A DNA stretch of 64,000 nucleotides from Candidatus Latescibacterota bacterium (GTDB lineage: Bacteria; Latescibacterota; UBA2968; GCA-2709665): contig OZ250150.1 in assembly GCA_965237675.1 (NCBI GenBank), positions 96,001 to 160,000 on the forward strand. The letters are read 5' to 3'. How positions within the stretch are numbered: position 1 is the first letter of the stretch; each line of letters opens with the position of its first letter. The notes beneath the pieces are model-generated. The model was not told where the DNA came from and searched no databases. It worked only from the letters and a program-made list of their open reading frames with translations. The position numbers and the translations under genes were made by a program. Below, piece after piece: positions 40,321-50,214 of this stretch.

Positions 40321-41733
40321 ATGACGGGTGTTTTTGACAATCATCGGCACGCTCGTACTCTGTTGTGCCTCGTCTTGTTTCTGTCAGTCGTACCGTGCCT
40401 CGCGAATCCCGCGGACACTCCCCGGTTGACCCTGGAGGCGTGTCTGAGGCAGGCCCTGTCCGGCAACCGCCAGCTACAGGCCGCCGGGTTTGCGGCGGAA
40501 AAGGCGAACTGGGACCGGCGGAACGCATTGTCGCAGTTCGCTCCGAGGGTCAGTTTCAACACGGAGGTGACCCGGATTGACGAGCAGACTCTGGCGGAAC
40601 GGGACTTTTCCAGGTACTTTCCTCCCGAGATCCCCGTACCTAAAGTGGCGTTCCGGACGTCCTACTATTCGTCGTTCGAGGCGCGCGTTCCAATCTTCGA
40701 CGCGGACCTGATCAACGACCTCTCTGTCGCAACCGCCGGACAGGACGCGGCCGAACGGACTCAGGAAGCCATCCGGGATCGAATCCTGTACCAGGTCACT
40801 TCCGGTTACCTGGAAGTGCTGAAGCGCGGCGCGATGCTCGAGCTTCAGCGTGAGTTCCTCGTCCTGACCGGCCTGAACGTCAAGAAGGCAGAGAGGATGC
40901 ACCGTGCGGGGAGATATTCGAAGCTGGACCTGCTGCGGTGGCAGGTGGAACACCAGCAGCAGAAAAGCAGCGTGGCCACCGGCGAGTCCGCGTTGCGCGA
41001 TGCGACGGTTCGTCTGCGCCGGCTGCTTAACCTTCGTATGCTGCACGCCGAAACGCTGGTGGACCTGATTCCGGGCCCACTCGAGGCGGAGGTAACGAGG
41101 GTGGCGCGTCTGTCTGAAGAAGAGATTCGGAATCTTTCGGATGTAGAAAACCGGACGTTGATCGCGGGAAACGCCATGCTTGCTGCCGCCGCACGGGATC
41201 GGGAACGCAGTCGCCTTGTCTACCGGGGGCAGTATTCGAGCTACCTGCCTGACGTCTCTCTCAGCTATTCCACGGCCTGGCGCAGAAACGATACGCTGGC
41301 GTTGGACGACTACAGACCTTCGATGATCATGCTCAATATGTCGGTTCCGCTGTTCACCGGATTCCGCAACCTTTCGCGTCTGAAATCGGCGCAATACAGT
41401 TACCGGGCGCAGGATACCCGCTTCTCCGATCTGGTTGACGAAACCCGGCAGATGCTCGACGAGACGGTTAATCGGATCGTTAATCTGATAAACCAGCGCG
41501 AACTGATCAGGACCAGCCTGGCCTTCAACGAGAACAACTACCGGATCGTCTCCCGGGAAAAGGAACTGGGGCGGGCATCGAACCTGGACGTCATCGACGC
41601 CAAGCTGAATCTGCAGAACGCCCGATTGCTGGAGATCACGACGCAGTTCGACCTCACCTCAGCGGTGATCGAGTTGAGCTACCTGATGGGCAGCCTCGAC
41701 GATCTGGTCGAGGAAATGGTGGAGTCAAAATGA
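40321..41733 (+). CDS. TolC-family outer membrane protein
   Basis: Signal peptide; LTLEACLRQAL.GN; helical OEP repeats; first gene of an RND operon. Confidence 0.88.
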   Translation: MTGVFDNHRHARTLLCLVLFLSVVPCLANPADTPRLTLEACLRQALSGNRQLQAAGFAAEKANWDRRNALSQFAPRVSFNTEVTRIDEQTLAERDFSRYFPPEIPVPKVAFRTSYYSSFEARVPIFDADLINDLSVATAGQDAAERTQEAIRDRILYQVTSGYLEVLKRGAMLELQREFLVLTGLNVKKAERMHRAGRYSKLDLLRWQVEHQQQKSSVATGESALRDATVRLRRLLNLRMLHAETLVDLIPGPLEAEVTRVARLSEEEIRNLSDVENRTLIAGNAMLAAAARDRERSRLVYRGQYSSYLPDVSLSYSTAWRRNDTLALDDYRPSMIMLNMSVPLFTGFRNLSRLKSAQYSYRAQDTRFSDLVDETRQMLDETVNRIVNLINQRELIRTSLAFNENNYRIVSREKELGRASNLDVIDAKLNLQNARLLEITTQFDLTSAVIELSYLMGSLDDLVEEMVESK

Positions 41734-42839
41734 AATACAACGAGGCGATAACATACGCCGTGGCCGGTCTGTGCTGCTGCGTGCTTTCGTGCGGGCCGCA
41801 GGAGGATTCGGAAGCGGAAGGGTCGGCCGACCCGGGCACGGAATCCTTTCGGGCGATCCCGGTCGAAGCCAGGGTTGTGCGGCGTGAAAACGTAGAGGAG
41901 GCTGTTGAGGTCACGGGCGTTATCGTGCCGCACCGGGCGGTGGACGTGGTCGCCGAGACCGGCGGGAGACTGACGGATGTCAGAGCCGAACTCGGGGGGC
42001 GCGTGAAGTCCGGAGACACCCTCGCGGTGATCGACGACCGCGTGGCTATGAGCCGGCTGGAAAACGCGATCGCGCAGGTCCTCTCCGTTGAGAATAAACT
42101 GAAGATTGCGGGGCTGAATTTCGAGAGCGACCGCCAATTGTTCGAACACGGGGACATTTCCAGGCTGTCGTTCGAGAATTCCCTGTTTGCGGTCAAGGCG
42201 GCCGAGGCCGATTTGAAATCAAATCATGCCGACCTGAGTCGTGCCCGAAAAGGATTTGAAGATACCCGGCTGACCAGCCCGATCGACGGATGGGTATCCA
42301 GAAAACACGTCGAGTTGGGCGCGATGGTATCGGTCGGTACAGCCACCTATCGGGTGGTCGATCTGACAACGATGAAGATCACGCTCGGCATACCCCAATC
42401 GGCCATCGGCCGCATACAGGAAGGCGGGTCCGTACGCATAACCGTTGCCGCGCTGGAAGACCGAACCTTCGATGGGTACGTCCGATACATCTCCCCCCAG
42501 GCCGAGGAGACTACAGGAGCGTTTCCCGTTGAAGTCCACCTGGAAAATACGACCGACATGTCCATTCGCGCGGGAATGTCGGCCCGGTGCCGCGTTATAC
42601 TTGGCGGTTCAAATCTCCAGTTCGTTGTACCGGGTAACGCGGTCGTTGCCAGGGACGGCAAGGAACACGTCTATCGGATATGGGACGGCATCGCGCGGCT
42701 CACCGAGGTGAAAACGCGGGAAACGTTCGGTTCCCTCGTCGCCGTGGAGACGGGTCTTGCGGAGGGGGATACAATTGTCGTGGCGGGCATGAACCGCCTG
42801 GGGGCCGCAACGCACGTGGCGATTCGCGCCTTGCGATGA
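41730..42839 (+). CDS. RND efflux periplasmic adaptor (MFP)
   Basis: Lipoprotein-like N-terminus; V.SGD.LA.ID, SPIDG, RAGMSA, GLAEGD.IV. Confidence 0.92.
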   Translation: MKYNEAITYAVAGLCCCVLSCGPQEDSEAEGSADPGTESFRAIPVEARVVRRENVEEAVEVTGVIVPHRAVDVVAETGGRLTDVRAELGGRVKSGDTLAVIDDRVAMSRLENAIAQVLSVENKLKIAGLNFESDRQLFEHGDISRLSFENSLFAVKAAEADLKSNHADLSRARKGFEDTRLTSPIDGWVSRKHVELGAMVSVGTATYRVVDLTTMKITLGIPQSAIGRIQEGGSVRITVAALEDRTFDGYVRYISPQAEETTGAFPVEVHLENTTDMSIRAGMSARCRVILGGSNLQFVVPGNAVVARDGKEHVYRIWDGIARLTEVKTRETFGSLVAVETGLAEGDTIVVAGMNRLGAATHVAIRALR

Positions 42840-42884
42840 GTCTGACGGCAATCGAAAGTTCTTGGTACGTGAGGCATTCCTGAT

Positions 42885-45800
42885 ATGTCAATAGCGAAAT
42901 TCTCGGTCCGAAACCCGGTATTTGTGAACCTGGTCATGGTCGGACTGTTCTGCTTCGGCGGCTTCTGTCTTTTCAGCATGCCGCAGGAATTGAATCCGCA
43001 GATTGACTTCAACTGGGTGTTCATCACGATCCCGTACCCGGGCGCAAGTCCGGAAGAGGTGGAGAGCCTGATTGTGGACCCGATCGAGGCGGAGATCCAC
43101 GACCTGAACAAGATCGACGAGTTGCAGTCCACTGCAGGCGAGGGGCTGGCCATGGTCCTCGTCAAATTCGAGGATATGCCGGAGTCCGAGTTCAGGGAGA
43201 TTTACACGGATCTCAAGGGCCGTGTCGACCGGGTGGCCCTCCCGGAAGAGGCTGAAGATCCGGTGGTGGACGACTTCGACAGCGGAGATTTTCTACCGAT
43301 CCTCACGGTCAACATGGCGTTTACGATCCCCGAGGAAAATGCTCAGATTATCGCCGACGATCTCGAGGAGGACCTGAAGAATATCTCGGGCGTTGCCCGG
43401 GTCCAGATTGCCGGCCTGCCTGAGCGTGAAATCTGGGTCGAAGTGGACCCGGCCAGGCTGAATGCCCGGGGTCTTTCGATCCAGGACGTGGTTGGGGCGA
43501 TGAAGGCGAGAAATCTGAACGTACCCGGCGGTACTCTCACCTACGGTGCGAAGGAATACGCGATCCGGTCCGTGGCCGAGTTCCGGAACGTGGAGGAGAT
43601 TCGCGAGACAATCATCCGGGCGACCCCGGACGGGGAGGCCGTGAGAGTCAGTGACGTCGCGAGGGTCCAGGATCGCCGCGAAGAGCCCAAAGTCCTCTCC
43701 CGATTGAACGGAAACCCGTCAATCACGTTTTCTTTGTCGAAGAACACGGACGCGAACACCAACGACGTCATCCTCGCCGTCAAGGAAACCGTCGGCCACT
43801 ATGAGCGCCGGGTGCCGGACGGGATCAGCTTCAGCTATACCGACGACAACTCCGTCTATATCAACCGGGTAATCCACGCGCTCAGGAACAACGCGATCAC
43901 CGGGATGATTCTTATCTCGCTCGTACTCTGGCTATTCCTGGGATCCTGGAATGCGTTTTTGGCGACGATAGGGATACCCATCTCATTCTTCATCACCTTC
44001 ATCCTGCTGAGCATTTTCGGTTACACAATAAACGGGAGCACGCTGTTCGCAATGGTGATGGTGCTGGGCATCATCGTGGATGATGCCATCATCGTGATCG
44101 AGAACTGTCACCGTTACCGGTTGCAGGGCCGCAGCGCCAGCGAATCCGCGGTCCTCGGGACGGGCGAGGTGACAACGCCGATCCTGAGTTCAGTCGGCAC
44201 CAACATCGCGGCCTTCCTCCCGTTGATCCTCCTACCGGGTGTGATGGGCAAATTCATGCGCATCATCCCGCTGACTTTCGCCCTGGCGCTGGCCGCGTCC
44301 GTGGTCGAAGCGTTTGTTCTGCTGCCTTCCCACTACGCGGAATGGACCAGGCGTTCCAATGCCCACAAACGGGGTGAACAGCCGTTTTTCAGGAGACTGC
44401 GACGGATCTACGGGCGTCTGCTGGTACGCACGTTGCGTCGACGCTACTGGGTCATCGGATGCCTTGTTGTTGTGCTGATCGGGGCTGTGATGCTCATTCC
44501 GTTTCTCGGGGTGGATTTTTATTCCGACGAGGAATTCGACGCTTTCAAGGTACTCATCAAGTTCCCGGAAGGGACGAGCCTGCAGGCGACGGATCGCGTC
44601 ACCAGCGCCTACGAGGCCGAGGCCCGCCGTCTTTCCGATGAGGATATCGAGGCCGTGGTCACGAACATCGGCCTCCTTCAGAGCAACAACGAGTGGCTGA
44701 CCCGGAAGAGCGTCTCCCAGGTCCTCGTACAACTGAAGCCCAGGGAGGAGCGAGTGAGGATGTCGGACGAACTGATCGCCATGCTTCGGGAGCGCACGGA
44801 GCACATTGCCGGAGCCACGTCGGTCAAATTCGAGAAGTTTACCGGGGGACCGCCCGTGGGCAAACCGATCTCCGTGAGGGTCCAGGGCCGCTATCTCGAA
44901 CGTGTGAAAGCGGCGGCGCTCGTGCTGCAGGATTCGTTACGCCGCATTCCCGGCGCACTGGAGGTGACCGACGACTTCCCGCCCGGCAAGGATGCGATCC
45001 GGATCGAAGTGGATGAAGTCCGAGCGGCCCTCTACGGATTCTCGGCGCGGGAGGTGGCTCTGAACGTCCGATACGCTTTCGACGGCGTCGAGGCGACGAA
45101 GTTCCGGGACGGAGACGAAGAGGTGGGGGTCATCGTGCAGTACGAACCGAGTAAGAGGACGAGCGTGGACGACGTGTTGAACGTGCAGGTGACAAACGCA
45201 AGCGGGGCAACGGTCGCGTTGCGAGACATGGTCTCCTTCTCGATCGGTCCGGGGCGCACGGAGATTCGCCGCTTCGACCGGAAGCGGACCATCCTGGTTA
45301 CGGGCGAGATCGACGAAGACACGACGACGGTGGATCAGATCAACTACAGACTCCTCGAGATCTTTCCTTCAATCGAAGCTCAGTATTCCGACGTGAACTT
45401 CGAGATCGGCGGTGAGTTTACGGATTTCATGGAAGCGTTCGAAGATATCGCGTCACTTTTCGCCATCAGCCTAATTCTCATGTTTGTAATCCTGGGGACG
45501 CAGTTCAACTCGTACGCCCAGCCTCTGGTCATCCTGACCGCCGTGCCGTTCGCGATCATCGGCGCGTTGCTCGGTTTGCTGATTTCAGGGAACGTGTTCA
45601 GTCTGATCTCGCTTTTCGGTTTCATCGCCCTGGCGGGAATCGTCGTCAACGACGCCATTGTGATGGTCGCTTTCATTAACAGGCGGAGACAAACCGGCGG
45701 GTCCGTGACGAACATCTGGCGAAGCATCGTGAACGCGGGGCGGTTGCGATTGCGACCGATTATCCTGACATCGGTAACGACAATCTCGGGCCTGATGCCG

Positions 45801-46010
45801 ATGGCGGTCGGCATCGGAGGAAAGTCGGCCCTCTGGTCGCCGCTGGCGAACGTGATCCTTTTTGGATTGCTCGTCTCGACGATTCTGACGTTATTTGTCA
45901 TTCCGTGTTTCATGGCAGTCCTGGATGATATCAAACGCGAAAGAAAAAAGGCGCGACAGCGAGATTTTGTGGGGAGAGGCGTTAGCGGACACCTCTCTCG
46001 GAGCACATAA
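42885..46010 (+). CDS. RND efflux permease (AcrB family)
   Basis: YPGASPEEVE, GIIVDDAII, GIVVNDAI, RLRPIILT. Confidence 0.95.
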   Translation: MSIAKFSVRNPVFVNLVMVGLFCFGGFCLFSMPQELNPQIDFNWVFITIPYPGASPEEVESLIVDPIEAEIHDLNKIDELQSTAGEGLAMVLVKFEDMPESEFREIYTDLKGRVDRVALPEEAEDPVVDDFDSGDFLPILTVNMAFTIPEENAQIIADDLEEDLKNISGVARVQIAGLPEREIWVEVDPARLNARGLSIQDVVGAMKARNLNVPGGTLTYGAKEYAIRSVAEFRNVEEIRETIIRATPDGEAVRVSDVARVQDRREEPKVLSRLNGNPSITFSLSKNTDANTNDVILAVKETVGHYERRVPDGISFSYTDDNSVYINRVIHALRNNAITGMILISLVLWLFLGSWNAFLATIGIPISFFITFILLSIFGYTINGSTLFAMVMVLGIIVDDAIIVIENCHRYRLQGRSASESAVLGTGEVTTPILSSVGTNIAAFLPLILLPGVMGKFMRIIPLTFALALAASVVEAFVLLPSHYAEWTRRSNAHKRGEQPFFRRLRRIYGRLLVRTLRRRYWVIGCLVVVLIGAVMLIPFLGVDFYSDEEFDAFKVLIKFPEGTSLQATDRVTSAYEAEARRLSDEDIEAVVTNIGLLQSNNEWLTRKSVSQVLVQLKPREERVRMSDELIAMLRERTEHIAGATSVKFEKFTGGPPVGKPISVRVQGRYLERVKAAALVLQDSLRRIPGALEVTDDFPPGKDAIRIEVDEVRAALYGFSAREVALNVRYAFDGVEATKFRDGDEEVGVIVQYEPSKRTSVDDVLNVQVTNASGATVALRDMVSFSIGPGRTEIRRFDRKRTILVTGEIDEDTTTVDQINYRLLEIFPSIEAQYSDVNFEIGGEFTDFMEAFEDIASLFAISLILMFVILGTQFNSYAQPLVILTAVPFAIIGALLGLLISGNVFSLISLFGFIALAGIVVNDAIVMVAFINRRRQTGGSVTNIWRSIVNAGRLRLRPIILTSVTTISGLMPMAVGIGGKSALWSPLANVILFGLLVSTILTLFVIPCFMAVLDDIKRERKKARQRDFVGRGVSGHLSRST

Positions 46011-46360
46011 GAATTACTCGCCGCCCGTCGGATCATAAGAATGAACAAGACTGCGAGTTCCACCCGAAATCGGATTCCCCTCGGATCGGGAATCAAGCGT
46101 CAGAAGGGACCCTGGAAATTAAACGCGATCGGGTCGAACTGCACACTCGCTCGTTCGACCCGGAGAAACATGGAACAATCCCTGAGCTTATAATTCATAG
46201 AACAACCCCGCCAATTGAGTTGGCGCGGTATTAGCAATGCGCTGTCTTGCGAATTTGCTGCGATCCTGGCGGAACGTAGCGCCCACGAGTGACAGGATCA
46301 GAGAATTCACATTGACGTAGAATCTACAGCCTGCCGCACAGACGGAGACTGGAGGTCCCA

Positions 46361-46678
46361 ATGAATGAACACAATTCCATACTAACGATTCGATTCGATG
46401 GCACTGGAGTTGGTCCGGGGAAGATTCACGATATTGAGAGGTTGGATGACCTGCAAGACGAAGCCACCGACTTACTCCCTCGAGGGACGCCAATTTCACA
46501 ATCATTTTGGAAATCGCCAACAATCCAGGAGTTAGCCCGTTCGCAGAATGTGCAACCAATGGCGAACGTCAGGACGCTGTTTGGAACCTGGCCGGATGAG
46601 GAAAACGACGGTTTCGAGGCTACAATTGACCAGCTGCGGCAACCTGGCGGTGAGACAGGTCCTCGGCAAGGATTTTGA
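46361..46678 (+). CDS. Hypothetical protein (possibly a deletion remnant)
   Basis: GGAGG RBS and ORF; no recognisable motif. Confidence 0.45.
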   Translation: MNEHNSILTIRFDGTGVGPGKIHDIERLDDLQDEATDLLPRGTPISQSFWKSPTIQELARSQNVQPMANVRTLFGTWPDEENDGFEATIDQLRQPGGETGPRQGF

Positions 46679-46821
46679 AGGCATTACTGCGCTTCAATTA
46701 ATCTCAGAAAACAGATAGACGGACTCATACCCGGCAGCCGGCGATCGACGACCGGACGACGTATCCAGCAGACCCTCTCGCCGTTGACCGCCGGCTAGCG
46801 CTCTACGTAAAGGAGGATTGA

Positions 46822-47706
46822 ATGCCACTGACGGAAGCGGAATTGAAACAATACGAGGAACAGGGCGCCGTAACTATCGACAGCCCGTTCACAACCGGGG
46901 AGCTGGACCGGGCCGAAGCCGCGTGGGACCGGCTGACGGAGAGCGGCCGGCCGCCCTACGAAGACCCGGACTACCTGGACGTCTTCCAGCATCCCTACTT
47001 CGAGGAAGTGGCCATCGAAGTATTGCGCGCGGATGCCGTACATCTGTGGTGGGGGTTATCGCCCCACGGCCGTTCCCCTGCCAAAGCGCCTTTCGGGAGC
47101 GTGCGCGATCAATGGGGCAGCGGATGCCACACCGACATTCAGGCCACATGGGAAGACTTCCAGGCGACGCCCCGCAGGATGCGCGCGGAACTGTGGTTCT
47201 GGCTCAACGACGTGCCGGAGCATCGCGGGGCGATGCGCATACTTCCGGGCAGTCACCGCCCGATCATGGAATATTGGAGCCGCGTCCTGACGCCGGAGCA
47301 CAAGGCAATGCTGCCCCGCGTACACGGGGTGCGCCCGGATCCGCCCGAACGTGCGCCAGCCTATCCGGAGCACGTTCCCAACCTGGCAGATTCACCCTGG
47401 CTGGAGCAGAATCCGGTACCCATGGTAGCCCGCCGGGGACAGATGCTGATTCTGTGCAGTTCGGGCCTCCACTCGGCCTGGCAGAACGAGGACACGGTGC
47501 CCCGAAAGGCGATGCTTTCGGCCTGGGTCGCCTCCGGCGTTACATGTGGACTCCCGAAAGGCCAGCGCGACGGGTTGATGGATTTCTTCCCCCGGCTGCG
47601 CCGGAAACTACGCCCGGAGCGGGCGCATATCGTGCCGGAGGACTTTGACTGGCTTTTCGAGAGCAACTACGAACCAAAGTGGTCCGAGACGTTTGTCGGG
47701 ACATAG
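46822..47706 (+). CDS. PhyH-family 2OG-Fe(II) dioxygenase
   Basis: HTD, GAMRILPGSH, LHSAW.N; AAGGAGG RBS. Confidence 0.85.
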   Translation: MPLTEAELKQYEEQGAVTIDSPFTTGELDRAEAAWDRLTESGRPPYEDPDYLDVFQHPYFEEVAIEVLRADAVHLWWGLSPHGRSPAKAPFGSVRDQWGSGCHTDIQATWEDFQATPRRMRAELWFWLNDVPEHRGAMRILPGSHRPIMEYWSRVLTPEHKAMLPRVHGVRPDPPERAPAYPEHVPNLADSPWLEQNPVPMVARRGQMLILCSSGLHSAWQNEDTVPRKAMLSAWVASGVTCGLPKGQRDGLMDFFPRLRRKLRPERAHIVPEDFDWLFESNYEPKWSETFVGT

Positions 47707-47762
47707 TCCAGGCCGTCCGGCCATTGCCACGGAGCGTAAACTGTATACGATTTGGAGGAAGC

Positions 47763-48989
47763 ATGATGCAGCCGGTCGATCGGGATCGATTCCTCGAAGA
47801 AGGCTACCTGGTCGTAAGGGAAGCCGTACCCCGAACGAAACTCCAGGAAGTTCGCCAGGCTTACGAAACGCTCGTGAACCAGCAGCGCGAACATTGGAGG
47901 GACATGAGAAAAGAGGGCGACCCGCCAGGAGGCGAGTGGGAGACGAGTCCGCAACCCCGCCTCATGCTCCAACGGCCGCCGCTGGTCCGCGGGATCAATG
48001 CAGAGACGGCGCCCGCCGTGGAGGTGTGGCTGGAACCTAACATACAAGGAATCAGCTCCCGGCTTCTGGGCGTAGCAGACGCGGCGGCAACCGAAATGAT
48101 GATGATGTGCAGTCCGGTTCGCGACCGCGGCCCCGCGAAGTGGCATCGCGACCTCCACCCCATCGACACCGCCCCCCTTCAGGGATATATCGACGACATC
48201 CTGGAAGGGGGACCCCGTTACGTTCAATGGAACATACCGCTATACGACGACAGCGTTCTGTGGGTGATACCGGGCAGCCACGTCCGGTTCAACACGAAGG
48301 AGGAAAACAAACTGATGCTGGCCGACCCGTGCCAGCCATTGCCGAACGGCGTCCAGACCCACCTCGAAGCCGGCGACGGCGTTGTCTACATCCTCCCGAT
48401 CCTCCACTGGGGCAGCAACTACAGCCCCAGGTTGAGGCGAACCGTTCACGGTGGATTTTCCACGCACACGTCGATTGACGATCTTTCTTTCGCGGAACAC
48501 CTTTCGACGGGAGCCGCTGCCGCATTCGAGCGTTGGAATAACCGGAGCCGGGAAATGAAGGGAGACTCGAAGGATGCGCTCAGGGCGGTTATCGAAGGCG
48601 ATGGGGAGGCGTACAACGAGGCGTTGAACCGGATTCATCCAGACAGAGGCGAAAAGGGAAAGTTACTCACCACCGTCTTCCTGTGCAAGGCCGCATTGGC
48701 GATCCGGCTTGCGAAGCATCCCCCGTTTCCCGACGTTCCGGAAGACCTCGCCCGCCGGCTCCAAGGCGCGCATCCGATCACCCTTAACTGGGGTCCCGAT
48801 TTCACCACGCGATTCAACGCGATAGAGGCGGAGACGTTGTGGAGGCGATTCGAGCCGCTGGACAAGCTGCTTCGATCCCAGGCGGAGCATTTTGTGCCGG
48901 GGTTTCAGTCAGGGCCAATGAAGTACCACTTCAACGAGATGCCGGGAAATTACACGACTTCGGATTTCATCTGGGGATGGGCTTCGTAG
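47763..48989 (+). CDS. PhyH-family dioxygenase with C-terminal extension
   Basis: FLEEGYLV, WHRD, VIPGSH, AGDGV..LHWG. Confidence 0.85.
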   Translation: MMQPVDRDRFLEEGYLVVREAVPRTKLQEVRQAYETLVNQQREHWRDMRKEGDPPGGEWETSPQPRLMLQRPPLVRGINAETAPAVEVWLEPNIQGISSRLLGVADAAATEMMMMCSPVRDRGPAKWHRDLHPIDTAPLQGYIDDILEGGPRYVQWNIPLYDDSVLWVIPGSHVRFNTKEENKLMLADPCQPLPNGVQTHLEAGDGVVYILPILHWGSNYSPRLRRTVHGGFSTHTSIDDLSFAEHLSTGAAAAFERWNNRSREMKGDSKDALRAVIEGDGEAYNEALNRIHPDRGEKGKLLTTVFLCKAALAIRLAKHPPFPDVPEDLARRLQGAHPITLNWGPDFTTRFNAIEAETLWRRFEPLDKLLRSQAEHFVPGFQSGPMKYHFNEMPGNYTTSDFIWGWAS

Positions 48990-49122
48990 CCGGAGATGTG
49001 TCGGGACAGATGCCTGGCGTTTATCGTGCGAGGAGGACGGTTTATCACCGCCGCGCGGCGAATAACGTATGACTTTATTTACAGTGGGTATGGCGGCGGG
49101 CAATCACAGAACACGAGCACGC

Positions 49123-50088
49123 TCATGAATCCCACTGCAGTACCACGCCCAGGGCTTTATCCGGGTTGTTGTAAAGCAGGTGGTACGCGTCGGGTGTCTG
49201 CTCCCAGGACAGGCGATGGGTGATCAATTCCGAATTCCGAATGCGTCCGTCGGCCAGCATCCGGGCGGCCTGCTCCATACACGATTCCCGTGAATGGTCC
49301 GTGCGGATACCCGCCACGAGCAACTTGTTCATGAAGTTGTCGCCCAGGAGCGGAAGCGGCCCACCCTGATACTTCGCAATCAGGTGAATCGCGCCTCCGG
49401 GCGCCAGCATCTGCTGGGCCTGCCGGAAGGAACGGATGCCCATGTTGCCGCCCACGCACTCGACAACCACGTCCGCGCCGGCACCATCGGTAAGACGCAG
49501 AACCTCGGCCACCGGGTCCGTCCGGGAAACGTCGATGACCGCGTCGGGGCCGAGTTTACGGGCAATCTCACAGCGTAGCGGGTAGGCGTCGACGACGATC
49601 ACCCTGCCCGGATCTCTTTTTCTGATGATCTGGGCGCAGAGACTACCGACGATGCCCTGACCCAGAATAACCGCGGTCTGCCCCGGTTCGATTGGCGTTG
49701 TGAGCATCCACAATATGGAACTGGTTGCCAGCGGAAGGAAGGTTGCCGCTTCGTAGGTCAGGTCATCGGGCAACGCAAATGCGCCCTTCCGCGGTCCCGA
49801 TGCGTGCCCCAGGACATATTGGGCGTGGGGTCCGCTGACCATCACGCGCTGGCCAACCGAAAAGTCCGGGATACCGGGTCCGACGGCGACGACCTCACCT
49901 GCATCCGAATATCCCATTATGTCCGGGCTAACCGATTCTTCCAATACGTAACGGCGAAACAGTTCCGACCCCCGGCTGATCAGGCTGCGCTTGACCTCCA
50001 CCAGCACCTGGCCGGGACCCGGTTCGGGCCGTTCGACTTCGATCATCCGAACGTTGCCGAAGCCAGCCAGTTTCTGAAGTTGCTTCAT
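49123..50088 (-). CDS. MDR (zinc-binding alcohol dehydrogenase-like) oxidoreductase
   Basis: PEPGPGQVLV, GEVVAVG, GQGIVG, GADVVVECVG, LITHR. Confidence 0.88.
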   Translation of the reverse strand: MKQLQKLAGFGNVRMIEVERPEPGPGQVLVEVKRSLISRGSELFRRYVLEESVSPDIMGYSDAGEVVAVGPGIPDFSVGQRVMVSGPHAQYVLGHASGPRKGAFALPDDLTYEAATFLPLATSSILWMLTTPIEPGQTAVILGQGIVGSLCAQIIRKRDPGRVIVVDAYPLRCEIARKLGPDAVIDVSRTDPVAEVLRLTDGAGADVVVECVGGNMGIRSFRQAQQMLAPGGAIHLIAKYQGGPLPLLGDNFMNKLLVAGIRTDHSRESCMEQAARMLADGRIRNSELITHRLSWEQTPDAYHLLYNNPDKALGVVLQWDS

Positions 50089-50214
50089 GCGCGTCAATGA
50101 TCACTCCCGGAGATGGATGAGGTTGCGGTTGGCATTCGGTTTGGGGGTGCACGTTCGTCAGAGTTCCCGAATTGACATTGGTGCGGGCGAGGCCGGCTGC
50201 AAGTTTCGCCCGGA